A DNA stretch of 64,000 nucleotides from a virus (Duplodnaviria; Heunggongvirae; Uroviricota; Caudoviricetes), in the IMG/VR virus record IMGVR_UViG_3300032007_000006, positions 121,360 through 185,359 of that record. The stretch is one strand, 5' to 3'. This document shows, in pieces, positions 47,818 to 56,148 of the stretch. The translations under genes were made by a program, and so were the position numbers. Under the pieces are notes generated by a model. The model was given only the letters and a program-made list of their open reading frames with translations, had not been told where the DNA came from and searched no databases. The first letter of the stretch is position 1. Each line of letters opens with the position of its first letter.

Positions 47818-49611
47818 ATGCCAGACGAAAATGAAGTGTATCTTGCAGTTCCATATCTGAATGAAGATGGACTGGAATTGTATACCAGACTGATTCTACG
47901 AAAGCTTGTCAGTCTGGTAATATCTTCAAACACCAACATTCATGACTATGAACAGGAATACAGCGCCACTCCAGAAGTTAAAGTAGTCACCATAGGAAAT
48001 GACATAGAAAAGGATGAAATATACAATCTTCCTCTTTCATATGGAGTTGGATCACATCAGCTGCGAATTACCGTTTCTGGATATATGATGTATCCAGACG
48101 TAGACTATGAAGAAGTTGGAGAAGAAGGCCAGACATCCAGTCAAATCAAGTTTCTGACCAGCATTGAGGCAGGATCAATTCTTGGAGCAATAGTTTATCC
48201 AAAGCAGTTTTCATTTGGAAGAAACATCAACGTTTCAAATCTAGTTGCTCCATCGTTAGCAATATCAGATGATCCTTCCTCGCTTCTTTCTTTAGATGAA
48301 AATGACAAGGCTATTGTTGAAGCGTCAAAAGTGCAGGCCATTGTAGATTCAAATGATGAACGCTGTCTGCATATAGAAGGAGAAGAAACTGTTGTTGGAC
48401 AGAAAACGTTCATAAGTCCAGTAAAGATTGATCTAAGCGCGACAGATCTTTCTGACGGAGAAACGCAGACTGCACTTGAAGTGTCATTCAAGGCCAATGG
48501 AATGGACTATGACTTGAAACCAATGCATGTTGTTGCTGGTTCCCAGACGGATGAACCCTATAGTGGAGCCCTGATGTTTGGTTCAAATACTGGCTGCACA
48601 TGGATTGGTTCTGGCGAATCCTTGCTTGCACTTCCAACGCTTTTTTCGGCTGATGGAATAGACTTTGCAAATGATGAATCCGTAATCATCACTTCTGACT
48701 CCAAAATTTCCTTCTATTCTGGATGCATCAATGAAGGAATCAACTACACCAAGGCCGCAGAATTTCTTCCAGATGGAAGCACTAGAATTTATGGACCAGC
48801 ATATGCTCCAACTCCTCCATTGGGAGATCACTCAACAAGAATTGCAACAACGGAATTTGTAAAGATTGCATCCATTTCCGTTGATGAAGAACAGGAAATC
48901 ACTGGTCAGAAAACCTTCACAACTTCTCCAATTGTTCCAACTCCAGACGTTGAAGAATTTGGAAATCTGGCGGCATCAACGCAATTTGTCAAGGACGCGG
49001 CAGTTCTTCTATATGAAGACCAGGACGTTTCTGGCAAAAAGAGATTTCTTTCCGATGTGACTGTCTATAATTCAGCTCCAGTTCTGGAACTAAGCAGCAC
49101 TACAGCATCGAAGGGTGTTCCTCCAGAAAACAGAATTGAATCTGGCATTGAAATTAGCGACAGAATTGGACATCCTCTTGGTTCGATTGTTCACAGATAT
49201 GAAACTACTGGAGAATCAACAGTTATTCTTAAGGCGGCAGTCGCTTCAGCACCAGATGCAAACACTTTCGCCTCCATGGGAATTTCAGTCGATACAGAAG
49301 GACATGCAAAGACGTTTGCTCCAAATCCTCCAGTTGGTGATTCATCTACAAGGATAGCAACAACAAAATTTGTCTATGACACCTTAGTTTCCTTTAAGGA
49401 AGCTCTTGTAAATGCACTTAGAGAAAAACTAGTTTCTGGAATAATAGAAGAGGAAGATGATGATGGTCTTCCAGATCCATTTGACTTTACATGGGAGCCA
49501 TCAAATTCAGTTGATGCTCCATCAGAACTGGATACATATCCCGATCCAGAGCCAGAACCTGAACCTAATCCTGAACCAAGTCCTGATACAGAACCTATAG
49601 ATGAACCATAG
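47818..49611 (+). CDS. Tail-fibre protein
   Basis: Repeated PTPPLGDHSTRIATTEFV and ETVVGQKTF motifs; acidic Pro-Glu tail. Confidence 0.8.
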   Translation: MPDENEVYLAVPYLNEDGLELYTRLILRKLVSLVISSNTNIHDYEQEYSATPEVKVVTIGNDIEKDEIYNLPLSYGVGSHQLRITVSGYMMYPDVDYEEVGEEGQTSSQIKFLTSIEAGSILGAIVYPKQFSFGRNINVSNLVAPSLAISDDPSSLLSLDENDKAIVEASKVQAIVDSNDERCLHIEGEETVVGQKTFISPVKIDLSATDLSDGETQTALEVSFKANGMDYDLKPMHVVAGSQTDEPYSGALMFGSNTGCTWIGSGESLLALPTLFSADGIDFANDESVIITSDSKISFYSGCINEGINYTKAAEFLPDGSTRIYGPAYAPTPPLGDHSTRIATTEFVKIASISVDEEQEITGQKTFTTSPIVPTPDVEEFGNLAASTQFVKDAAVLLYEDQDVSGKKRFLSDVTVYNSAPVLELSSTTASKGVPPENRIESGIEISDRIGHPLGSIVHRYETTGESTVILKAAVASAPDANTFASMGISVDTEGHAKTFAPNPPVGDSSTRIATTKFVYDTLVSFKEALVNALREKLVSGIIEEEDDDGLPDPFDFTWEPSNSVDAPSELDTYPDPEPEPEPNPEPSPDTEPIDEP

Positions 49612-49624
49612 AAGGTAACGCAAT

Positions 49625-51820
49625 ATGAATACAAAATACGGAAAGCTGATATCAAGAGAGCGCGATGGAACGCTGACTGCCGTATATCCAGAAATAATCA
49701 TTGATGATGAAGTGGATTTCGCCAACCGCAATTCAACATTTCCAGTTACCAACATTGGTATAGCCAATGCAATAGACAATGCTGTAGATACAGCAAAAAA
49801 CAGCATTCAATATGCATTCACTTCCGAAGATGGTGGACTTGGATGGAACGAAAACACCCAAAGAGGATACGTTGACTTTTCAAATATTCCGCCAAGCAAA
49901 GTGGAAGAAATCACTCTTGCAATTGTCAAGCCAAACAGCGCCATTTCAATAGATTCATCAAGCGGAAAGATAGATGTTGACTTTTCCAAATTGAAGCCAT
50001 CTGACATTGTTCCTCTCTGCGACAATGGTGGAGGAATTGTTGCAGATACGGCAAATGGAAAACTGCGTATCAGCTTTCAGAACATGAATGCAGATGGATT
50101 CAGCAAGCTTGGAGTTCTTCCAGTAGCCAATGGTGGTACAGGTCAAACAACAGTAGCCAACATTCAGGCCGGAAAGGATGGAGCAGGCAACACAATCACT
50201 GCAACATACGTCACACTGGCTACAGCACAGAATATCACTGGAGCAAAGACATTTTCAGCAAAGCCGATTCTCAATCAAGTTGGACTGGACATGACTGTCA
50301 AGGACACAAATTCGGCAACTACAAGGACGGCGCAGGTTCTTCATGCCAATTCAGACAATGCTGGATATGGCATCAATCTTGGCGTTGGCGGCTCTGGAAA
50401 CACTGTTCTTGGCGCTGGAGAGTCCTGCACGGCTCAATTGAATGAACTGGCAGGAAATGCAAGCGAGAATCTCTATCTGGTTGCAGATGGAAACATCTAT
50501 TTCAAGCCAAATGGAAATACATGGTCCAATGCCAAGACAGTCACATTGAACAGCGCCGGCGAAATGTCTGGTCTTTCAAAAGTCACTGCAACGGAATTTG
50601 TTGGTAAATTGACTGGAGACGTTACAGGAACATTTAATGGTCCCTGCAAGGGAAATGCAGACAGTGCAACAAAACTTCAGACAGCCAGAACAATCAATGG
50701 AACAAGTTTTGATGGTTCTGGCAACATCACGACTTCCAGTTGGGGAACGGCAAGAAATCTATACATATCCGATTCAGATGGAACAAACACTGGTGCGGCA
50801 GTGTCTGTCAATGGAGCAGGTAATGCTACATTGAAACTTCCAGGAACAATCAAAGCCAGCATTACTGGAAACTGCTCTGGAACGTCTGCCAATGTTACTG
50901 GAACTGTTGCCATTGCCAATGGTGGCACTGGTGCTACAACTCGACTCGCCGCATTGAAAAATCTAACCAACGAAAACGTTGGTACAAGTGCCCAGCATTT
51001 TCTTGTGATAACGGATTCCTGGGGCAAAGGTGGATATGCATCCGTAGCAAACGCAAAAAGCGTTCTAGGAATAAGCAATGTAGTCAATATAGATCAAAGC
51101 AAAGCCATCAAGGGAATTACCAGAAGTGGAACTACATTCACCTACACATGTCTTGATGGAACTACAGGTACGTTCACGCAGCAGGATAACAACACGGTCT
51201 ATACCCATCCAACCACGTCTGGAAACAAGCACATTCCATCTGGAGGAAGTTCTGGACAGTTTCTTGGATGGAGTGCCGATGGAACGGCAAAATGGGTGAA
51301 TAATCCAAACACAGACACGGTCTATACGCATCCAACAACGTCTGGAAACAAGCACATTCCATCTGGAGGAAGTTCTGGTCAGATATTAAGATGGAGTGCA
51401 GATGGAACGGCCGCATGGGGAAATGACAACAATACTACATATTCCGACGCTACACAGTCTGCACATGGTCTTATGACGGCGGCAGATAAGAAAAAATTAG
51501 ATGGAATATCTAGCGAAGCAAAACCATATTATATTAACTATAATACACAAACAGCAATTTCTGTTGCTACTAACAGTTGGACGACATATACACCTTCTTC
51601 TGATGGAGCACTAAGAGTGTATGCGCCGAATCGGGATACGGCTGTACAAGGATTTGAAGTTCGTTTAACAAATTCGTCAGGAAAAATTATTGCAGGTGGT
51701 GTTCTTGCAAATCAATTCAATACAATGTTTAATACTGTATATTATCCATTAAAAAGTGGTACAACTATTGCAATAACATCAAATGGAACATGGCAATTCT
51801 ATTTCTGTCCGAGGGGGTAA
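49625..51820 (+). CDS. Long tail-fibre (distal/receptor-binding) protein
   Basis: VANGGTG, ATKLQTARTINGTSFDGS, HGLMTAADKKKLDGI motifs. Confidence 0.85.
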   Translation: MNTKYGKLISRERDGTLTAVYPEIIIDDEVDFANRNSTFPVTNIGIANAIDNAVDTAKNSIQYAFTSEDGGLGWNENTQRGYVDFSNIPPSKVEEITLAIVKPNSAISIDSSSGKIDVDFSKLKPSDIVPLCDNGGGIVADTANGKLRISFQNMNADGFSKLGVLPVANGGTGQTTVANIQAGKDGAGNTITATYVTLATAQNITGAKTFSAKPILNQVGLDMTVKDTNSATTRTAQVLHANSDNAGYGINLGVGGSGNTVLGAGESCTAQLNELAGNASENLYLVADGNIYFKPNGNTWSNAKTVTLNSAGEMSGLSKVTATEFVGKLTGDVTGTFNGPCKGNADSATKLQTARTINGTSFDGSGNITTSSWGTARNLYISDSDGTNTGAAVSVNGAGNATLKLPGTIKASITGNCSGTSANVTGTVAIANGGTGATTRLAALKNLTNENVGTSAQHFLVITDSWGKGGYASVANAKSVLGISNVVNIDQSKAIKGITRSGTTFTYTCLDGTTGTFTQQDNNTVYTHPTTSGNKHIPSGGSSGQFLGWSADGTAKWVNNPNTDTVYTHPTTSGNKHIPSGGSSGQILRWSADGTAAWGNDNNTTYSDATQSAHGLMTAADKKKLDGISSEAKPYYINYNTQTAISVATNSWTTYTPSSDGALRVYAPNRDTAVQGFEVRLTNSSGKIIAGGVLANQFNTMFNTVYYPLKSGTTIAITSNGTWQFYFCPRG
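51192..51430 (+). repeat. Tandem duplication, 123-nt period
   Basis: Two copies encoding TVYTHPTTSGNKHIPSGGSSGQ...W. Confidence 0.85.
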
Positions 51821-51828
51821 TAATATCA

Positions 51829-52191
51829 ATGCTGAAATATGTAGAAGGATTTCATGAAAATGGAATGACAATTTCTGTATTTGAAGGCGATGACATTGAA
51901 TGGGCAAAATCTCATGGATTTATTCAAGCTGATGTTGAAGAAGCATGGGATGGAACTTTTTGGAAAATTGGAACAGCACCCAAAACACCACCAAAAGAAT
52001 GGGAAGAAAATGAATATAGAGCAAAAAGAAATAAACTGCTTCAAGAATCAGATGTGGCTGTTTTAGCAGATTATCCTATTGATAAAGAAAAACTTGAACA
52101 GGTTAAACAGTATAGACAGGCATTAAGAGATATTACATTACAAACAGGATGGCCGAGCAATATTGTCTGGCCAGAAAAACCTGATTTTTAG
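51829..52191 (+). CDS. Tail-fibre assembly chaperone
   Basis: RAKRNKLLQESD...YRQALRDIT.QTGWP..IVWPEKP; SD GAGGGGG. Confidence 0.85.
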   Translation: MLKYVEGFHENGMTISVFEGDDIEWAKSHGFIQADVEEAWDGTFWKIGTAPKTPPKEWEENEYRAKRNKLLQESDVAVLADYPIDKEKLEQVKQYRQALRDITLQTGWPSNIVWPEKPDF

Positions 52192-52205
52192 TTTATAATT
52201 ACAAA

Positions 52206-52241
52206 AATGCAAAGAGGAGGCCTAGGCCTCCTCTTTGCATT
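52206..52241. terminator. Perfect 36-bp palindrome at a convergent junction (likely bidirectional terminator)
   Basis: AATGCAAAGAGGAGGCCTAGGCCTCCTCTTTGCATT. Confidence 0.75.
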
Positions 52242-52246
52242 GCCTT

Positions 52247-52666
52247 CTATTTTCCGCTTTCTCGTTTCTCTATCTCTTCTGCATAGTCATTCATGGCCTG
52301 ATCAACTGCAATGACAAGCTGCATTTCAGACATAGAATCAACCACTTCCTTGTCATCCAGCAGATGATATGAATATGCAGTCGGCTCAACTGCCATAACA
52401 CAGGCTTTGTGAAGCTTCCCATTAGTGTTGATGTACCAGACATTTGTCCCAATCGGATAGCGGGGCTGAATTGAGCCACCGAGATTGGCTTCAGGATAGG
52501 CCTCCTGAACAGGCTTCACCCTTTTGGCCTTAATGTTTCTAGTACCGCAGGCCACATTCACAACGGCGCTTCCTTCAGCGTCAATCTCAACACCATTGTA
52601 TATGCCGACAACCCATTCGTCGGCTTCATTCATTGCAAGAACCACTTGTCCTTTCTGAAACTCCAT
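52247..52666 (-). CDS. Hypothetical protein (tandem SH3-like beta domains)
   Basis: SD AAGGAG before ATG 52666. Confidence 0.6.
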   Translation of the reverse strand: MEFQKGQVVLAMNEADEWVVGIYNGVEIDAEGSAVVNVACGTRNIKAKRVKPVQEAYPEANLGGSIQPRYPIGTNVWYINTNGKLHKACVMAVEPTAYSYHLLDDKEVVDSMSEMQLVIAVDQAMNDYAEEIEKRESGK

Positions 52667-52682
52667 ATTTCTTTCTCCTTTG

Positions 52683-52931
52683 CTAGCCGTTGTAGGAAAC
52701 TGCATCATCGTAGTAGGCACTGTGGGAAAGAGGACCATCATAGTCCTCCAGAGGCACTACCTCATCAACGACTGCACATATGTAGTCGCGATTTCCTCTG
52801 GCCACCTTGTGCTTGAGAATGACCTTGCCGCTAGTCTTATCAAAGTCGAACCAGACACCCTTGTATGTACCTGCAAACCACTCATCGCCATCTCTGGCGG
52901 CCACCTTGCGATTGTTTTCCAGCATAGACAT
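52683..52931 (-). CDS. Hypothetical protein
   Basis: SD GGAGG; promoter 52984-53012. Confidence 0.6.
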   Translation of the reverse strand: MSMLENNRKVAARDGDEWFAGTYKGVWFDFDKTSGKVILKHKVARGNRDYICAVVDEVVPLEDYDGPLSHSAYYDDAVSYNG

Positions 52932-52983
52932 CACTGCCTCCTTTGTCCTCTACAGAGAGCCTCATAACTCTCTTGACGCTTCA

Positions 52984-53012
52984 AGACTAGCAGAACCGAC
53001 AAGACCTGTCAA
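52984..53012 (-). promoter_or_regulatory. Sigma70-type promoter
   Basis: TTGACA-17-TAGTCT. Confidence 0.7.
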
Positions 53013-53021
53013 GCGAAAATT

Positions 53022-53360
53022 CTATGACCACTGCATCCAGTGACAGGAAAGATCACACCGCAGTGCAAGCCTGTTTTTCTTAATGAGAATGCTTTCCCGC
53101 TGTTCCTTCAGTTTCTGAATCTTTTCGCGAAGTTCAGCAATCTCCTCCTGAATGTCCTCGTCCTCCCTTTTCAGGGTGCGATACTCTTCAAGAGGCTCCA
53201 TTAAGGCCTTAATTCCTTCCGCTCCATGTTCGCGGCAGAAATTGGCTATCTGAATCTTGTCCTTGAACCTGTTGTAGGCAGTATAGATGTCTTCTATATG
53301 TTCATAGGTGGATTCGCCCACCATGGGACCACCAGCTTCATAGAATTCCTTGATAGTCAT
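53022..53360 (-). CDS. Hypothetical coiled-coil protein
   Basis: SD AAGGAG before ATG 53360. Confidence 0.65.
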   Translation of the reverse strand: MTIKEFYEAGGPMVGESTYEHIEDIYTAYNRFKDKIQIANFCREHGAEGIKALMEPLEEYRTLKREDEDIQEEIAELREKIQKLKEQRESILIKKNRLALRCDLSCHWMQWS

Positions 53361-53410
53361 GGCTTGCTCCTTCAAGCGTTGAAAAGGCCTCCGCCCCCGT
53401 TGACAGAAAC

Positions 53411-53439
53411 AGTCTATCAAAGGTTTCCTCCTCTGTCAA
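53411..53439 (-). promoter_or_regulatory. Sigma70-type promoter
   Basis: TTGACA-17-TAGACT. Confidence 0.7.
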
Positions 53440-53465
53440 GCGAAAATCTGCCCTTTCGGCACGTT

Positions 53466-53473
53466 TGTAAATA
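53466..53473 (+). promoter_or_regulatory. Late promoter-like TGTAAATA
   Basis: 19 nt upstream of fibre gene 53493. Confidence 0.65.
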
Positions 53474-53492
53474 TCTTGTCAACCTATAGCCA

Positions 53493-54866
53493 ATGTCTAA
53501 ACTGACCGTTCCACAGCATCTTACAAATTCCACCATTTTCCGCGTCTGGCTGGAAGAAATCAATGGCATCATAGATGAAGAACTTGAAATCTATGACATT
53601 CTAGAAACAAAGGCGCCAATCATCCACGCAACGGAAGGAACAGCGTATGGAGTTGGAACAGAACTGCTTTATGGCCATGTAAAACTTACAGACAGTCCAA
53701 ACGAAGCCCTGGATGTTTCTTCAGGAACGGCCGCAACTCCAAAGGCGATTGCAGCAGCATTGTCTGACTTTACAACGCGAGTTGACAATCTGGAAGAATC
53801 CTTCTATGCATCCCTTCAGGAACTTCGCGTTGATCTTCAGGAACAGATTGATGAACTGGTTGAATCCAATTCAGGAAAGGCTCCAATATATCACGCATCT
53901 TCAGAAGAAACGTATGGAAAGGGAAATTCCTTCCTTTACGGCCATCTAAAACTGACAGACACAAGATCTCCTTCAATGGGAGTGGATGATGGATTTGCCG
54001 CAACTCCATCAGCAGTTCAAAGCGCCTACGACAATTCCATTGCCTATGTAGACAGTTTCAACATTGATGAAAGAATAGAAACCATTGACCGTCAGATCAG
54101 CAATGCCTTTGAGGGCATTCATTCTCTGGAGTCAAGAGTTACTACGACAGAAGAAGACATTGAAGACATTCAGGACAAGATATACGGTCTTGGAACATAT
54201 TTCTTCTCTGAAGACCTAGTCATCAATGCTTCCAAAATGGAGTATGGAGCATATGTATTCCGCGATGCCTTAGCACCAGCAACGCTGGAACTGAACAACT
54301 GTCGTCCACATTTCAGAGTGGCCGTGACAAACGAAAGCGACTATCTATTGACCATTGCTCCAGATAATCTTCATACCATTAGCGGTTCGCTTCATCCAGT
54401 CATTCTTGGAAAGGGAGATTCCGCTATTTTCACGCAAAATCCAATATCAAATGAAGGAATTGTAAACTGGTCCATTCTTTCAAGAGAAACGACGCTCAAT
54501 ACTTCATCCTATGAAACGTCAAACAGCATTGTTGCGATCAATATGGCCTCCGAAAAGGCGCAGACAATTGAAGTGCTGTCTCCATGCACAATAGACTTTA
54601 ACCTTCAGAATGCATCTTCTGAAGGAAGAACGGCATACGCCGAAAAGAGTCTCCTTTTCGTTTCTGGTTCGCAGAATGCAAGAATCACATGGCCAGATGA
54701 CATAGTGTGGATGAATTCCCTTGAAGCGCCAGACTGGGGCTATGAGGTTGGAGAAACGTTAATGCTCAAGGCCTATCAATTTGGAAGCAGAATACTAATA
54801 GAGCAGAAGCACAATTCCCATATTGTTCCAGGACTGGACGTTCAGGTTGTAAATCTTCTTCCATAG
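53493..54866 (+). CDS. Tail-fibre/baseplate-associated protein
   Basis: Two YGH(V/L)KLTD...AATP repeats (phage fibre repeat); TGTAAATA upstream. Confidence 0.8.
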   Translation: MSKLTVPQHLTNSTIFRVWLEEINGIIDEELEIYDILETKAPIIHATEGTAYGVGTELLYGHVKLTDSPNEALDVSSGTAATPKAIAAALSDFTTRVDNLEESFYASLQELRVDLQEQIDELVESNSGKAPIYHASSEETYGKGNSFLYGHLKLTDTRSPSMGVDDGFAATPSAVQSAYDNSIAYVDSFNIDERIETIDRQISNAFEGIHSLESRVTTTEEDIEDIQDKIYGLGTYFFSEDLVINASKMEYGAYVFRDALAPATLELNNCRPHFRVAVTNESDYLLTIAPDNLHTISGSLHPVILGKGDSAIFTQNPISNEGIVNWSILSRETTLNTSSYETSNSIVAINMASEKAQTIEVLSPCTIDFNLQNASSEGRTAYAEKSLLFVSGSQNARITWPDDIVWMNSLEAPDWGYEVGETLMLKAYQFGSRILIEQKHNSHIVPGLDVQVVNLLP

Positions 54867-54884
54867 AAGAATGTTTCAAAAAAC

Positions 54885-54909
54885 AAGGGGAGACAACATG
54901 TCTCCCCTT
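54885..54909. terminator. Bidirectional terminator
   Basis: AAGGGGAGACA-ACA-TGTCTCCCCTT at convergent junction. Confidence 0.8.
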
Positions 54910-54914
54910 TTGAT

Positions 54915-55025
54915 TTAGTTGAATTTGCAGCAGATCCACGCATCTATCCAGTCTTCACACTGCACCATCCACTGCCAGAAATAGGCAGTCCATATAGCCA
55001 GTGTATCAACTAGGGCATGATTCAT
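54915..55025 (-). CDS. 36-aa Trp/Cys-rich peptide (not in ORF track)
   Basis: AGGAG SD; MNHALVDTLAIWTAYFWQWMVQCEDWIDAWICCKFN; fills the gap before the terminator. Confidence 0.6.
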   Translation of the reverse strand: MNHALVDTLAIWTAYFWQWMVQCEDWIDAWICCKFN

Positions 55026-55035
55026 AGACGTTCTC

Positions 55036-55344
55036 CTATTCAATCAAAATTGGGATATCATAGGCTAGGGCACATTCATGCTCTATTCTGCATCCACGAG
55101 CGTTGGCCCATCCTGAAGCAAAGGCAATTCCATCGCATTTAGCAAGAATATCCAGAGACTTGGCCAAATAGGCTAGCGGAACGCTTTTATACTCTTCAGC
55201 AGCGACAGGAAAGTCTTTAAAAACTGAATCAACAACCTCATATCCCATTTCCATGAGATTTTCCTTCAGCTTCTGCCTTTCCTCTTCTATTCTTTCTACA
55301 GTCTTTCCATTCATTGGCTGAGAAATAAAAGCCATCTTATGCAT
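55036..55344 (-). CDS. DUF4406-like (nucleoside deoxyribosyltransferase-like fold) protein
   Basis: FISQPMNG...LAKCDGI...GWANARGCRIEH. Confidence 0.75.
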   Translation of the reverse strand: MHKMAFISQPMNGKTVERIEEERQKLKENLMEMGYEVVDSVFKDFPVAAEEYKSVPLAYLAKSLDILAKCDGIAFASGWANARGCRIEHECALAYDIPILIE

Positions 55345-55352
55345 TGCTTCTC

Positions 55353-56051
55353 CTAGTTGGTTTCTGGAGTGGTGACAACATACACGTCAAACTTCTCGTA
55401 AGGCTTGTTCTTGTCATCAAACTTGGCCACGAATTTGGCAAGACCAACGGAATAGACTGTAGTTTCGTAGTCATAGTCGGAAATAAGCTTTAAATTCTGC
55501 TTCTTGAATGCAAAGGAAACATTCAGGTCCTCGTCCGCAACAGTGCCAACCTTAATGTCTACATAGTCGGAAGAATTGTTCATGGACTTGTTGGAAACAG
55601 TCATGTATATGTTTCCATCGCTGGTATGAAGCGTTATGTCCGAAACGCAGAGAACTTTGGCCGAGTTGAACACTTTTTGAAGATCTTCGGAATGAAGCCT
55701 AAACTCAAGAGCGACACCTTCCTGATCGCGGGGAACTTTGTTGCTCTGGTTGACTAGAGCAGGATTGGACTGCAGGAATCTTACCTTGTTTTTTCCATCA
55801 CCAGAAGTGATAATTACCGAATCATCATTAAACTCAAAGTCTGGATCATCAATCAAGTCCACAAGAGAAAGAAACTTTTGAAGATTTGTAGTGACAAATG
55901 GCTTTTCAAACGTTTCTGCGATTTCGCATTTGCAGGCCATGGCCTGCGATTCCGCTTTGGAATAGATTTCATTGCCAGGATCAATCTTAATTCCACCATT
56001 GACTGTGGACATCCATTTGAGCATCTTTAGAGTGTCTTCGGAAATTTTCAT
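55353..56051 (-). CDS. gp45: Sliding clamp
   Basis: MKISEDTLKML..MSTVNGGI..., NLQKFLSLV, FKKQNLK; SD AAGGAGG. Confidence 0.88.
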   Translation of the reverse strand: MKISEDTLKMLKWMSTVNGGIKIDPGNEIYSKAESQAMACKCEIAETFEKPFVTTNLQKFLSLVDLIDDPDFEFNDDSVIITSGDGKNKVRFLQSNPALVNQSNKVPRDQEGVALEFRLHSEDLQKVFNSAKVLCVSDITLHTSDGNIYMTVSNKSMNNSSDYVDIKVGTVADEDLNVSFAFKKQNLKLISDYDYETTVYSVGLAKFVAKFDDKNKPYEKFDVYVVTTPETN

Positions 56052-56113
56052 GTTTGCTGCCTCCTTGAATACGAACACAAGCAATGTGCTCTCAATGTCA
56101 ATTTATAAGTGCT

Positions 56114-56142
56114 AGTTTACATCAAAGGCCTCCTTCTGTCAA
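56114..56142 (-). promoter_or_regulatory. Sigma70-type promoter for gp45
   Basis: TTGACA-17-TAAACT. Confidence 0.7.
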
Positions 56143-56148
56143 CGTCTG

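Noticed and set aside
51192-51430. CRISPR-like or invertible repeat
   Set aside because: In-frame coding duplication of 41 aa with no spacers, inverted sites or recombinase.
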